A DNA stretch of 52,092 nucleotides from an uncultured Pelosinus sp. (GCA_946415545.1 CAMKSY010000001.1:1-52092); one strand, 5' to 3'. Positions 19,541 through 29,943 are shown, counted from the first letter of the stretch. Translations and numbers: made by a program. The notes: generated from the sequence alone by a model not told the origin.

Positions 19541-19816
19541 TTAGCCGATGGATGGCATGATCAGAAAGGCAAGTATATATAACAAGATACCTGCTCCGCG
19601 GTATAAGACTAGCAATGCCCAGGCTAATCGAATCAAACTGACATCAATGCCAGTATAGTCACTAACCCCGGCACATACACCAAAGAGCATGCCGCGAGCT
19701 GGATCAAGAGCCAGCTGCTTATGTAATGAATTGATCCCATCTGCGTCACCTTGAAAAAATTGCCATGCTGTTAATCCACTTACTAGATAAGCTCCCAGAC
19801 GAATAAGGCCAAACAT
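19541..19816 (-). CDS. PspC-domain membrane protein
   Basis: MLFGVCAGVSDYTGIDVSLIRL...LLYILAFLIMP; GGAGGTG RBS. Confidence 0.88.
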   Translation of the reverse strand: MFGLIRLGAYLVSGLTAWQFFQGDADGINSLHKQLALDPARGMLFGVCAGVSDYTGIDVSLIRLAWALLVLYRGAGILLYILAFLIMPSIG

Positions 19817-19875
19817 AGCATTCTCACCTCCCTAGTATGTTATCCCACATCCTTCACCAATTTATACTTAGGAGA

Positions 19876-19921
19876 CCATAGTGAATAGAGACGACTGCGC
19901 AGCCGTCTCTATTCACTATGG
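19876..19921. repeat. Long inverted repeat, probable terminator downstream of the SEDS gene
   Basis: CCATAGTGAATAGAGACG...CGTCTCTATTCACTATGG, 18-bp perfect arms. Confidence 0.65.
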
Positions 19922-20141
19922 ATATTGTAATTTTTAAGAATAGGATGATCATATTCTGTACGATCAGGAAAAAATACAGACAACTTATATATTTTCATTC
20001 TCTAAACTTATAAATTTTGCTATTACAAGTAAAACTTTATCAGATAAACAAACACATACAAAAGCATTTTCAGTAATATATTGCATAGTGATAGACAATA
20101 TTTAATCGTTTGTAAGCTTATTCCTGTTTAACATTCTCACA

Positions 20142-21329
20142 TTATTTAACTCGGTTTAGGTTTCTGGCTTGTCTCGCTAATTTTATCCGCGTGCTGCGGC
20201 TAGCATCTGGCTCCGGCGCAGTATCTGGAAGTACAGCACGATCTGCCTGACGCCCTACATTCAGAATCAGACCAATTGCCATTAGATTAACAATTAATGA
20301 TGTGCCTCCAAAACTAATAAAAGGCAGAGGTACACCTACCACTGGAAAGATACCTGAAACCATAGAGATGTTAATAATAGCCTGTCCTACAATTAAGAAA
20401 ACGCTGCCCATCGTCAACAATTTACCTAATCCATCTGGAGCCTTTAAGGCAATGCGCACACCGTAATAGGCTAACAAGCCAATGAGGCATAATACCCCTA
20501 GAGCACCGACAAATCCCATTTCCTGACATAATACAGCAAAAGCAAAATCGGTATGAGCTTCTGGCAAATAGTTAAATTTACTTGATCCCATACCAAGGCC
20601 CGTCCCCAAAAATCCACCGGATCCAATTGCCAGCAGCCCTTGTACCGTCTGATAACCGATACCCAGTTGATAATCCCAAGGATTGATCCATGCGGCAATA
20701 CGCTCTGCCCGATAGCTTGCAGCAAAGGTTGCATATATAAATAAAGCAATACCTCCGCCCACTAAAGTTAGCAGTTGCTGTTTCGGCAATCCAGCAATAA
20801 TGTACAACATAAGGCTTATACCAACGATAATGACTGCCGTTCCCATATCTGGCTGCTTTAACACAATCATTCCTAACGCTGCTGCAATATAGAAAGGTCT
20901 AGAGAGCAGCGTGATTCTGCGTTTACGGTCTATTAGGGGACCTAAGAATCCGGCAGTAATCATGAGACCGGTCAGTTTTGCCAATTCGGACGGCTGGAAT
21001 TGAAAACCAATATTTAACCAACGCCGTGCACCATTTACTTCAATACCAATAAAATGCACCGCAATTAGCAAGCCGACGGTTACTAAAACGAATAGGGAAA
21101 GATAGCGATTGAATCGATGATAATTGATTCTGCTAATAATCAGCATTGCTACAATTCCAATACTAAAGGAGATCAAATGCCTTTTTAGATAATAATAACC
21201 ATCTCCCATTTGCTGCCCAGCTTCTACAAAACTAGCGCTGAAAATATTTACTGTACCGATCATAAATAACAACATGGAAATGCATATAACAGCTTCAGCG
21301 TTGCTCCGCCATAATTGAGATAACTTCAT
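20142..21329 (-). CDS. ftsW: SEDS-family peptidoglycan glycosyltransferase (FtsW/SpoVE)
   Basis: NGARRW, FQPSELAK, QPDMGT, YLPEAHTDF and GVPLPFISFGGTS motifs. Confidence 0.88.
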   Translation of the reverse strand: MKLSQLWRSNAEAVICISMLLFMIGTVNIFSASFVEAGQQMGDGYYYLKRHLISFSIGIVAMLIISRINYHRFNRYLSLFVLVTVGLLIAVHFIGIEVNGARRWLNIGFQFQPSELAKLTGLMITAGFLGPLIDRKRRITLLSRPFYIAAALGMIVLKQPDMGTAVIIVGISLMLYIIAGLPKQQLLTLVGGGIALFIYATFAASYRAERIAAWINPWDYQLGIGYQTVQGLLAIGSGGFLGTGLGMGSSKFNYLPEAHTDFAFAVLCQEMGFVGALGVLCLIGLLAYYGVRIALKAPDGLGKLLTMGSVFLIVGQAIINISMVSGIFPVVGVPLPFISFGGTSLIVNLMAIGLILNVGRQADRAVLPDTAPEPDASRSTRIKLARQARNLNRVK

Positions 21330-21461
21330 TTTGCTTCTCCTTCACTACCCAATATCCCTATTATACAAAATTAATCCCCTAGACCCAATAACCAAATTGA
21401 GATTTTAGAATATTATATAAGGAAATCGGCATTTATAAATTGGGATAACCGAGGTGATTAC

Positions 21462-22481
21462 ATGGAAATCCAACCCTATCAACTCGTTGTAATTGATGAT
21501 ACGACTCATGCCTTACTGCTCGTTGATGGCCAGCAAGGAGAAATCATCGCTGAAATGCCCTACCCGCCAGAATACACCCCAACTGAACTGCTGCTATCAA
21601 CTGACCAGAGTAAAGTCTATATGCCTGTAGTTAAGACGAATGGCAAAGGCGCACTCTTTGTAGGAAATTTAGAACAAAGATCTGTCTACCGCTTACCGAT
21701 AGAACTGCCTCCTCCTACACAATTTACACTCGCACCAAAAGGCAATTGTGCCTACATAGCAGATCCAAACGGCGGGTTATATTCTCTGACCATACCAAGT
21801 ATGTCCTTAACAGCCTGGGGAAATCCTGCAGAAGCTGCCTGTGTTGGTCTGGCTGCTGATCATGATGCTGTCTATAGCGTTTGGGAACATGACAATCAAG
21901 GAACACTGGCGGTTTTTAGTCCTGCAGGGCAATTACTTCAAGAATATTCCTTACCGGGAATTCCCACAAATGTAATTCTTCATGGAGATGAACATGTTCT
22001 AGTACCTTTTACTAGTACAACATTTACCCTGGAAGGCATTATGATTTTTAGAATCATAAAAGCAACCGAAACAACTCTTGCCTCCCTAACCTCGCAAAGC
22101 TGCTTATACCCCAAGAATAAAACCTCATGTCCTGCCTATCCTTCTCACATTGCAGCTTCTCCTAATGAGCAGACTGCCTATGTTGTGAATGAGGAAAGTG
22201 CTTCTATTACAGTGATTGACCTTACCACAGCATCCATTTCCCGCCTCATTGAGCTGAATCGTTCTATATCCTGCCTACATATAATACCTGGCAGCCAGTT
22301 AGCGATCGCTACCAGCCATATTTTTGCTGATCTTAGCATGATTGATTTAGCCAATGGACGTCTCTTATCTGTTACCGATACAAAGCGCGAATTATTAGGC
22401 TATATTGCGATTGTACCACTTTTTCCTAAAGAACCCGAAACAACGACAGCCATCCAGCTAACAAATAAAGACTTGGCATAA
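21462..22481 (+). CDS. YncE/YVTN-like beta-propeller protein
   Basis: Repeats such as PTELLLSTDQSKVY and PSHIAASPNEQTAYVVNEESASITVID; GAGGTG RBS. Confidence 0.75.
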   Translation: MEIQPYQLVVIDDTTHALLLVDGQQGEIIAEMPYPPEYTPTELLLSTDQSKVYMPVVKTNGKGALFVGNLEQRSVYRLPIELPPPTQFTLAPKGNCAYIADPNGGLYSLTIPSMSLTAWGNPAEAACVGLAADHDAVYSVWEHDNQGTLAVFSPAGQLLQEYSLPGIPTNVILHGDEHVLVPFTSTTFTLEGIMIFRIIKATETTLASLTSQSCLYPKNKTSCPAYPSHIAASPNEQTAYVVNEESASITVIDLTTASISRLIELNRSISCLHIIPGSQLAIATSHIFADLSMIDLANGRLLSVTDTKRELLGYIAIVPLFPKEPETTTAIQLTNKDLA

Positions 22482-22504
22482 TGCCAAGTCTTTATTTGTT
22501 AGCT
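22456..22504. terminator. Perfect 24-bp-arm palindrome between convergent genes (bidirectional terminator)
   Basis: AGCTAACAAATAAAGACTTGGCAT-A-ATGCCAAGTCTTTATTTGTTAGCT. Confidence 0.7.
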
Positions 22505-22512
22505 ATCGATCT

Positions 22513-23721
22513 TTAATCTTTTTTCTTCCCTAATTGGCGGGGCCATTTGCCGCTCCATTTATATTTAGAATCACTATTCTTAGTATCAATCACCTGTGAG
22601 GTTGAAGAGATATCTTCCTCTTCTTCAATCAGAATATCTTCTAGCACCAGTTTCTCTTCTACAGCTTTTCCTTTGCTCTCAAAATGACTATGCTTTTTTT
22701 CTTTAAATCCTTTTACTTTATTACTAACTTTCTCTTGCGGTACTGGTACTTCCTCTGCTTTGGGCTCTCTTTCCTTTAGTTCTGGTAAAACCTCTTCTTC
22801 TTCTTCTTCTTCTCGATCCGACTTCATCATACCTAACATGGAATCTGTATCCAGATCTGCTATTGTGGATAATGTAGAAGGTTCATCGCAGTATTCCAAA
22901 GATGCTGCTGTTGTATTCTTCATAATCCCTTTCTCCATCATTGTAAGAATTAAAAGGAAATGATCCGCTTCCCGCCTTACATGATCAGCTAATAACGCTG
23001 GAATCAGACCAACCAGCCGACAATCTCTGATCATCTCTTCAGCAGCACGTTTAAAATCCCTAATGCGCAAAACAGCAGCGCGAACATCTTGCAAGAAACG
23101 TTTAAACGAAGCTACTTCCGGATAGCCCTGCAGCATACTAGAAAAATCTCTGCCTTGAAGATAAAGATCATCAAATTCTTGAGAAAAGCTATTGGCTGTT
23201 TGTATTAAATTGCGCTCTGATGGATCTAATAAATGACTAATAAATTTAGCATGATCTGCCATAATTCGCAGCCAAAATACATTTTCCTGGGCCTTTGCTC
23301 CCCCAGATAATGCTACTTTCCCATTTTTAATTTTGTCTAAAAGACGCATAAAGTATTGGGCTTCGCGAGCCATATGATCAAGAAGTAACGGAAAATTATA
23401 GCCACCCAGCTTGCACTCTAACATGCGATGTAATAATTCACGTTTATACGTATAAAACTCTTTCAATAAGGCCTGGGTGTCAGTCACGAGCTCCATGAAT
23501 TTCTTGTCATTTTGTAAGCGCTCCGCCCGTACGCGCGAAGACTCAAACTCCTGGTAAAAAGCTTGGGCATCATCAATTAAATCTTCACACTCACAAGGCA
23601 GCCCTGATTTAATAAATAAAGCATGCTCTTCCATAATCCGTATCCAAAATTTTACCTCTTCTAAGTTAAGTGGTTCCAAGGGCTCAGGAACCATATATGA
23701 CATGAGTTGACGCGACGACAT
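22513..23721 (-). CDS. DUF2935-domain protein with acidic/low-complexity C-terminal tail
   Basis: Two copies of FW.RIM.(E/D)HA.FI ... L.DH..REA..F; poly-E tail. Confidence 0.8.
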   Translation of the reverse strand: MSSRQLMSYMVPEPLEPLNLEEVKFWIRIMEEHALFIKSGLPCECEDLIDDAQAFYQEFESSRVRAERLQNDKKFMELVTDTQALLKEFYTYKRELLHRMLECKLGGYNFPLLLDHMAREAQYFMRLLDKIKNGKVALSGGAKAQENVFWLRIMADHAKFISHLLDPSERNLIQTANSFSQEFDDLYLQGRDFSSMLQGYPEVASFKRFLQDVRAAVLRIRDFKRAAEEMIRDCRLVGLIPALLADHVRREADHFLLILTMMEKGIMKNTTAASLEYCDEPSTLSTIADLDTDSMLGMMKSDREEEEEEEVLPELKEREPKAEEVPVPQEKVSNKVKGFKEKKHSHFESKGKAVEEKLVLEDILIEEEEDISSTSQVIDTKNSDSKYKWSGKWPRQLGKKKD

Positions 23722-23762
23722 AGCAACACTCTCCCTTTCTGATCCCACTACACATTTATTAC

Positions 23763-23790
23763 ATTCTATGCCGAAACTTTAAAATCTGTC
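23763..23790 (-). promoter_or_regulatory. SigK/SigE-type promoter of the DUF2935 gene
   Basis: GACA-N16-CATAGAAT. Confidence 0.45.
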
Positions 23791-23831
23791 ATAAAAAAAT
23801 GGAACCTAGCACTTTTATTTTTATAGATAAC

Positions 23832-23879
23832 TGCTCCTCTAAAGCTCTCCCCATATTCCTGGGGAACTTTAGAGGAGCA
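23832..23879 (-). terminator. Terminator hairpin
   Basis: TGCTCCTCTAAAG...CTTTAGAGGAGCA. Confidence 0.65.
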
Positions 23880-23909
23880 AGTCACACTTAACTTGGATTA
23901 CATCCTGAT

Positions 23910-24797
23910 TCAAGTATTTGATTGCAGTATTTTAGTGGAGAGATGAATACGAAGATTGACTGACTGTGCCTGCCAGGAACTTCCGGTATAGGACAGCACA
24001 GTTTCTACATTGGCAAGGCCATCAGCATTGTAAGCACCGGATATGCGTTGTATACCTTTTAACTCATAGATGCCGTCATGATTTTCATCAACTGCTTCCA
24101 GCCTGCTGAAAGGTGTTACCATGAGCTTGGTTTGCTTTTGAAGCTTTCCTTCTTCATTGTAAAGACCCAAACGCAGATAATCTGCTGTACGATCATGGAC
24201 ATCCATGATCACTCCTGAACCAGCGCCGGCATTAATCTCCACTTTAAATCCATCAAGGAATCGACCAGATATAAAATCTCTATTGTTCTCTTTCTCACCG
24301 AAGATAATAGCTGGAGTATCGCCCAATGTAACAACCTGATTATAATACCAGCCTCCGCTGCCGCCAGATGCAGCAGTCACTAAGGCATCAACAGTCTCAT
24401 CACCTGTAAAGTCTCTTAATACTAATTTAGCCTGATAGCCACTCATTTTATCCAAAGTTACATCGGTTCTCTTTTGATCAGCCCCATTCTCGACAGTCAG
24501 CTTCATCGTATCCACATAGGACGAATCCGCCTGCTTATGCCCAATCAGATAAACTGTATCAGAGACTCCATCACCATTGACATCTCCTTCCTGCATGTCC
24601 AATACCTGATAACCGTCTGGCAGCCACTGCTGTGCATTTACCGTATCTACACCGGAGATGGAATCGATAACATCTCCCTTATAATTATAGACAGGTTTTG
24701 GTGCATAATCGATTTCACTTGCTTCCACCAGACCTGCCAACGGAGCCATCATCAAGCCTAAAGCAAATACCGCTCTAAAATAATAGTTCTTATACAT
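23910..24797 (-). CDS. Secreted protein with FG-GAP/VCBS-like Ca-binding motifs
   Basis: Signal peptide (..VEA/SE); GDVNGDGVSD, DFTGDETVD and DENHDGIYE loops. Confidence 0.7.
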   Translation of the reverse strand: MYKNYYFRAVFALGLMMAPLAGLVEASEIDYAPKPVYNYKGDVIDSISGVDTVNAQQWLPDGYQVLDMQEGDVNGDGVSDTVYLIGHKQADSSYVDTMKLTVENGADQKRTDVTLDKMSGYQAKLVLRDFTGDETVDALVTAASGGSGGWYYNQVVTLGDTPAIIFGEKENNRDFISGRFLDGFKVEINAGAGSGVIMDVHDRTADYLRLGLYNEEGKLQKQTKLMVTPFSRLEAVDENHDGIYELKGIQRISGAYNADGLANVETVLSYTGSSWQAQSVNLRIHLSTKILQSNT

Positions 24798-24948
24798 AAC
24801 AAAGTCCTCCTCTTAAATCTGCTTCTAACCTTAGTAACGTCACAGCAACAAAAAAGTAACTATACATATTCGAGAATACATTCTAACTTTATTCAGCCAT
24901 AAACCTCCCTCTTCAACGTATATATTCCACTTAACTAAAGATACAGCA

Positions 24949-24995
24949 AGAAACCTTCTATGATAGCTTATCTTCGACTATCCTAGAAGGTTTCT
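24949..24995 (-). terminator. Terminator after trmB
   Basis: AGAAACCTTCTA...TAGAAGGTTTCT. Confidence 0.6.
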
Positions 24996-25016
24996 CCATC
25001 TGCCGTTTCTATACTG

Positions 25017-25712
25017 TTATGGGAATTTTACTTCACACCGATTAATCGGTGTACCCATACCGCTGAATTTCTTTTCATATTCAGTCATGACATTGCCTTG
25101 ATAGTCACTGTTATGCAAATCAAATGTTACATTCGCGACCTGCAGATTACAAGCCTCAAATTGTTCTAAAGAAAATTCAAATAAAAGCCTGTTGTCGGTT
25201 TTAAAGAATATTTCGCCACCAGCGGACAAGAGAGTCCTGTACTTGTTTAAAAAATTTGCATGAGTTAACCGCCGCTTGGCATGTCTAACCTTAGGCCATG
25301 GATCGCAAAAATTAATATACAGTCGATCAACTTCCCCTGGAGCAAAGATATCCAATATGTGATTAATATCAAAAACCAGCAGGCGAACATTGGTCAGCCC
25401 CTTTTCTCTCACTTTTTGGGCTGCATAATACAAGACATCCTGCTGCGCTTCAATGCCAATAAAATTAATCCTTGGATTTTGCTCAGCCAATTCACTAATA
25501 AACTGCCCCTTGCCTGTACCCAATTCAACGTGAAGAGGTGCTTTGCGACCAAAAACTTCATGCCATTGCCCTTTCCGGTGCTCATGGGCATTTCTTTTTT
25601 CCAGATTAGAACCTGGCTGCTCAGGCACACCAAAAGGTATCTCTCTTATTACTACAATATCACTATATTCTTCTAATGCCGCATCCACCCACGGCTTTCT
25701 TCTCAGTCGCAT
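25017..25712 (-). CDS. trmB: tRNA (guanine46-N7)-methyltransferase
   Basis: MRLRRKP, ELGTGKGQF, NFCDPWPK.RHAKRRLT, FKTDN and TEYEKKF motifs. Confidence 0.97.
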   Translation of the reverse strand: MRLRRKPWVDAALEEYSDIVVIREIPFGVPEQPGSNLEKRNAHEHRKGQWHEVFGRKAPLHVELGTGKGQFISELAEQNPRINFIGIEAQQDVLYYAAQKVREKGLTNVRLLVFDINHILDIFAPGEVDRLYINFCDPWPKVRHAKRRLTHANFLNKYRTLLSAGGEIFFKTDNRLLFEFSLEQFEACNLQVANVTFDLHNSDYQGNVMTEYEKKFSGMGTPINRCEVKFP

Positions 25713-25734
25713 TCCATTCTCACCTGTACCTTTA

Positions 25735-27639
25735 TTATTCTTTGTCTAAGCCAAATTTTTTTAAATATCGATATAACGTAACACGGCTGACATCCAGCAT
25801 ATTTGCTAAGCGGCTAATATTACCGCCAGCTACTTTCCAAGCCTCAACAAATATTTCCTTGTCCTCTTTCCATGCTGTGCTGATACCAGTCTCACCCAAT
25901 AAACTTATATCCTTTAGAGCGATTGTACTGCCCTCTGTATTAAAGAAAGCTTGTTCCGCAACCCCTTGGAGCTGTTTAATATTCCCAGGCCATTCATAAG
26001 ACATTAATAGCTCTTTTGCTTCACTTTGCAACTCTTTCACTTGCATATTATGCTGTTCCGCTAACTCACAAATAATATGTTCAGCAAGCAGAGGAATATC
26101 TTCCCGCCTCGCCCGCAATGGAGGAATACGAATCATGCTTTTTGAAATGATCTCATACAAGGGAGAGAAAAATGCGCCCTTCTCCGTGAGCCGTTTTAAA
26201 TCACTGTCACAAGCAGCAATAATGCGAATATCAAAACCACGCTCCACTTTTTCACCTAAACGGCATACCTTACATTTTTTTAGAGCATCTGCCAAACGAG
26301 CAGCCACATGCATAGGTATCTTTTCGATCTCATCTAAAAATAAAGTCCCGCCATTTGCCAATTCTAATTTTCCAGGACGACTCTCATCCCTGTATTCTCC
26401 ACTGCCAAATAGTTCTTCTTCTAGTACCTCTGGCAGTATATCACCGCATTTTAAAGAAATAAGAGGTCCAGCAGCCCTGCCACTTGCTTGATGAATCGCA
26501 TGGGCCATACGCTGTTTACCTGTACCCGATTCCCCCTGCAGCAACAGATGATTATTATTCCGGGCCACCCTGCCTGCCTTTTCCTGCATAGTAATAAAGA
26601 CAGGAGTTGCTCCAACCATACTGGTTAGACTATACCTGGCCTTATATCCGACAGCATGAGCAACAAGGGTTCTTAAATCTTCAATTGGTAAGGATACGGC
26701 GACTACACTTGTTACCGCCTTATCCTGTTCTAAAGGCACTACTGTTGTAATATCTTCATACGTTTTTCGTTGCGTAATCCATGTGACTTCCTTGTTATAG
26801 GATGGTATCCCTTTGAAGCCTTTATATAAGGGTGTATGTCGATAATTTAAGACCACATCATTTAAATTCGCCACATCATCCTTCGCCCCCACCGCATCAA
26901 TACCTGCTAAGCGGCTTTTCCCCAATTTATTGCTATACACAACATCTCCGCCTGGTATAATATGATACACTGCAAAGGGCACAGAATCTAAAATAACATG
27001 TCGAGCTTCCAGCTGCGCCAGCATTGTCAGATGCTGCTCCATAGCATATCGAATACTAAACAGCAATGACACAACTGCACTATGAGGCAGCTCTTCCTGC
27101 TCTACCGAAACAATGGTGACAATATATACAAGTTGTCCGTCTACCATAATGGGAACAGAGCAGGCATCACCGTCTTGACACTCTTTAATCCACATTTCCG
27201 GACCAAATAATAGGAAGGGAGATTTATGCTCATGCACAATACTGATACTCGACGTTCCTATATCTTTTTCAGCAAGCCTGGCTCCCTCTAATTGGCCAGG
27301 GCTCTTTTGAAAAAAAGGCAGGGCATAATTTTTCATTACATAACAATCCTGATCGAGTAACAGCAAGCTTAAATTATATACATTAAAATGTTCCCGTGTC
27401 TCGTTATATAATCCATTCAAATAGTCTATAGCAGGCTGATGCAAATGCTGCCGCCGTGCCAGCTCGTCCTTAGAGAGCTTCACTAATTTCGGCATGATTT
27501 CGGAAGTGATTCCCAGCCTTTTACTTTGTTCCCAGGATTCAGCTACCCATGGATGCACGTTAGGATCCATAGCGCCTTCATCAATAAATTTCTTATAATA
27601 ATTCATTAGTTTCTCTTTGCTGCGCCGTTCCCGTATCAT
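25735..27639 (-). CDS. AcoR/DhaR-like GAF-PAS-AAA+-Fis regulator lacking GAFTGA
   Basis: N-terminal VAESW..S GAF region, GESGTGK, FLDEIEK, WPGNIKQL and a Fis HTH (LDVSRVTLYRYLKK); ELFGSGEYRDESRPG replaces the GAFTGA loop. Confidence 0.85.
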   Translation of the reverse strand: MIRERRSKEKLMNYYKKFIDEGAMDPNVHPWVAESWEQSKRLGITSEIMPKLVKLSKDELARRQHLHQPAIDYLNGLYNETREHFNVYNLSLLLLDQDCYVMKNYALPFFQKSPGQLEGARLAEKDIGTSSISIVHEHKSPFLLFGPEMWIKECQDGDACSVPIMVDGQLVYIVTIVSVEQEELPHSAVVSLLFSIRYAMEQHLTMLAQLEARHVILDSVPFAVYHIIPGGDVVYSNKLGKSRLAGIDAVGAKDDVANLNDVVLNYRHTPLYKGFKGIPSYNKEVTWITQRKTYEDITTVVPLEQDKAVTSVVAVSLPIEDLRTLVAHAVGYKARYSLTSMVGATPVFITMQEKAGRVARNNNHLLLQGESGTGKQRMAHAIHQASGRAAGPLISLKCGDILPEVLEEELFGSGEYRDESRPGKLELANGGTLFLDEIEKIPMHVAARLADALKKCKVCRLGEKVERGFDIRIIAACDSDLKRLTEKGAFFSPLYEIISKSMIRIPPLRARREDIPLLAEHIICELAEQHNMQVKELQSEAKELLMSYEWPGNIKQLQGVAEQAFFNTEGSTIALKDISLLGETGISTAWKEDKEIFVEAWKVAGGNISRLANMLDVSRVTLYRYLKKFGLDKE

Positions 27640-27870
27640 ATATAAATCCTCCATATCTTTATATTATCTACTACCAGTATACAAATGATCCACCCTTGGA
27701 AGATCGTTCTATTAAAAATGTAAGAAAAAAACAGGCAATTTCTGCTTATTTTCATCGTTTTTGTGCTTTCCTAGAAAAATAATATCACATATTGAATAAA
27801 ATCCATAGTTCTCTTGCTATTATTCTTTCCAATTCATGCATTTTGTCATCATTTGTTTTTCGCAAAAAAA

Positions 27871-27906
27871 TTGAGCAGGTTGGCGTATTCCTGCCGACCC
27901 ACTCAA
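27871..27906 (-). terminator. Terminator of the H-NOX MCP gene
   Basis: Minus strand TTGAGTGGGTCGGC...GCCAACCTGCTCAA followed by TTTTTTT. Confidence 0.7.
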
Positions 27907-27919
27907 TAAAGACAACTGG

Positions 27920-28053
27920 CTTTATCCGATGACTAAACCGCTCTAAGACTCCCCCTCTTTCACAAGTGGAGCTAAGAGCGGCTAAGTCCAGCGGAAAAGT
28001 GCGACTAAGATTTAGATGGAGTTCTAACTCCATCTAAATCAAGTCTTCTTTAT
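27920..28053. mobile_element. About 130-bp non-autonomous palindromic element (MITE/PATE-like, possibly IS200/IS605-derived)
   Basis: CTTTAT at both ends; two compound hairpins (CCGCTCT..CTCC/GGAG..AGAGCGG and GATTTAGATGGAGTT/AACTCCATCTAAATC); lies between the MCP stop codon and its terminator. Confidence 0.65.
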
Positions 28054-29849
28054 CAAGTACGATACTGATTGATATCTTGCCCGAAATGCTGGATTACAAC
28101 TTTAAATTCACCAATTTTCTCCATCATATCTACAAGCTTGTCATTATAAATCTGAACTGATGCACTGACTTCCTGACTCGCTGCCGAATTTTCCTCGGAA
28201 ATTGCTGCCAAGGACTCAATTTTACCATATACCTGTCCAAGTCCAGTCATCTCATATTCTAACTTTCCAATCATCTCTACAATATTCGTAGCAACATTTT
28301 GTACATTACCTACATGGCGGCTATTACCAGCTACTACCTCATTGAGCTGATGGCTTTCCACAGCTAATACATCATATTCTTCCTCAATCATCAACACCAC
28401 ACCACTGATAATCTCCATTAAAATCTTAAGATCACTGGTAATACTATCCGAATGATGATGAGACTGCTCTGCTAATTTGCGTACTTCTTCTGCTACAACA
28501 GCAAAACCTCTGCCCTGTTCACCGGCACGGGCTGCTTCAATCGCAGCATTGAGAGCCAAGAGATTGGTCTGCCCTGCAATGGCTGCCACCATCCCCGTTA
28601 TTTCTGTAATTTTAGCAGCCTGGGACTGCAGGTTATTAGCCGACTCTTTCACCTTAGCAAATTTCTCCAGGCTATGCTGCAATTTAGATCCCGATGACTC
28701 TACCTCTTGAAAACCTTGATTAATTTCCAAAACAGCAGCTTCTAATTGTACTTTATTACGATTCTGCTCAACAACAAAAGTTTTTAGCGTCTCTAAATTA
28801 CCGCCTAAAATACCTACTGCTTCAGTAGTCTCAATCGCCTGATTGCCAGCAGCAGTCGCTACATCATACACCACACCGGAAATACCCCGAGAAGTATCTT
28901 TCATTTCATCAGCTAATACATTAAAGGTATCCGCATATTTATTCATCTCATCCCCAGTACCTTTAAACCCTACAAATTCACGTTTCAATCGTTTTTTATA
29001 TAAGGACAGGTCTTGCATAATACCTTCAAACTCATCACCAGTATAAAGATTGGTTTCATGAAAGTACTCCCGCTCCTGCATATTTTGGAGTTCTTCATGG
29101 ATCGCAGCAAAAGGTCTTAACAAAAAAGAAGATATAATTCCTGCAATCCCTCCACTAACCACTGCTGTCCAAAAGGGAACAGAAATACCAAGCAAAGCTA
29201 ATACTGCATCTGCGGCTGCAGTCATAATAGCAACTGCTACGCCGATCTTAACAGACAAATTTTTGATAAAGCCAAATGATAACAGTTGATTCATACGATA
29301 TTTTTTATTATAGGTAATCGGTTTGGAAAATCGAATTTTTAGTTTTACATGATCAGAAGACTTTTCCAAGACTTCTATCTTAATCTCTTCCTTAAAATGC
29401 TCTGCACCACCAAGAAGAAGCCCATTGAGATAACCGAACATCCCTCGCTTTGACTTATAACTAAAAATCGCCTCATATTCTGAAATGGGTTCAATTAAAA
29501 TCTCTGGTGGATTGGCACCCGGAATTCGTTGTACAACTACTACATGCACATCATACATGGATCTAAGAAAAGAATACAAGGTTTCCTGTTGAAAAAAAGC
29601 CGGATAAACAGCCAGAAAGGCTCTAACGTTATCTTTTCCAATAGTTAGCCAAATATCATCCTCCGGTTTTCCTAGGGAATTTGCCAAAGAGGTTATAAAT
29701 TTTTTGACCCCATTGTCTTCAACATCCTCTGTTGGGCCAACAATACGCTCCTTCTCCCATCCTGCACTCTCCATTGCTTTGTTGACCAAATCCTGCCCCC
29801 ACGCATTACGGGCAGTACTGACCCAAGTCGCAACAACTGTTCCCTTCAT
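28053..29849 (-). CDS. H-NOX (heme NO/O2-binding) domain methyl-accepting chemotaxis protein
   Basis: [10 protein letters not shown]-terminus, proximal His (YDVH), NPP, YKSKR (YxSxR), two TM segments, HAMP-like linker and MCP hairpin tip. Confidence 0.92.
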   Translation of the reverse strand: MKGTVVATWVSTARNAWGQDLVNKAMESAGWEKERIVGPTEDVEDNGVKKFITSLANSLGKPEDDIWLTIGKDNVRAFLAVYPAFFQQETLYSFLRSMYDVHVVVVQRIPGANPPEILIEPISEYEAIFSYKSKRGMFGYLNGLLLGGAEHFKEEIKIEVLEKSSDHVKLKIRFSKPITYNKKYRMNQLLSFGFIKNLSVKIGVAVAIMTAAADAVLALLGISVPFWTAVVSGGIAGIISSFLLRPFAAIHEELQNMQEREYFHETNLYTGDEFEGIMQDLSLYKKRLKREFVGFKGTGDEMNKYADTFNVLADEMKDTSRGISGVVYDVATAAGNQAIETTEAVGILGGNLETLKTFVVEQNRNKVQLEAAVLEINQGFQEVESSGSKLQHSLEKFAKVKESANNLQSQAAKITEITGMVAAIAGQTNLLALNAAIEAARAGEQGRGFAVVAEEVRKLAEQSHHHSDSITSDLKILMEIISGVVLMIEEEYDVLAVESHQLNEVVAGNSRHVGNVQNVATNIVEMIGKLEYEMTGLGQVYGKIESLAAISEENSAASQEVSASVQIYNDKLVDMMEKIGEFKVVIQHFGQDINQYRT

Positions 29850-29915
29850 ACCTATCACTCCAATTTAAATATCTACCAGCATTTTCTACATTGTATCGTG
29901 ATGTTTGTATATAGA

Positions 29916-29943
29916 ATTTCGCCATATTTTTACAAAATCCTGC
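29916..29943 (-). promoter_or_regulatory. SigH-like promoter upstream of the H-NOX MCP
   Basis: GCAGGATTT-N11-GGCGAAAT. Confidence 0.45.

Noticed and set aside
19985-20090. Short minus-strand ORF MQYITENAFVCV... downstream of the SEDS gene
   Set aside because: No RBS; AT-rich chance ORF.
22790-22815. (TCT)n tandem repeat
   Set aside because: It simply encodes the poly-Glu tract of the DUF2935 tail.
24834-24862. GTTAC-N16-CGTT as an ECF-sigma promoter for the secreted VCBS-like protein
   Set aside because: The -35 lacks the AAC core; too weak to call.
27785-28033. 82-aa minus-strand ORF in the track
   Set aside because: It runs through the palindromic miniature element and a terminator; no RBS or protein-like motif.
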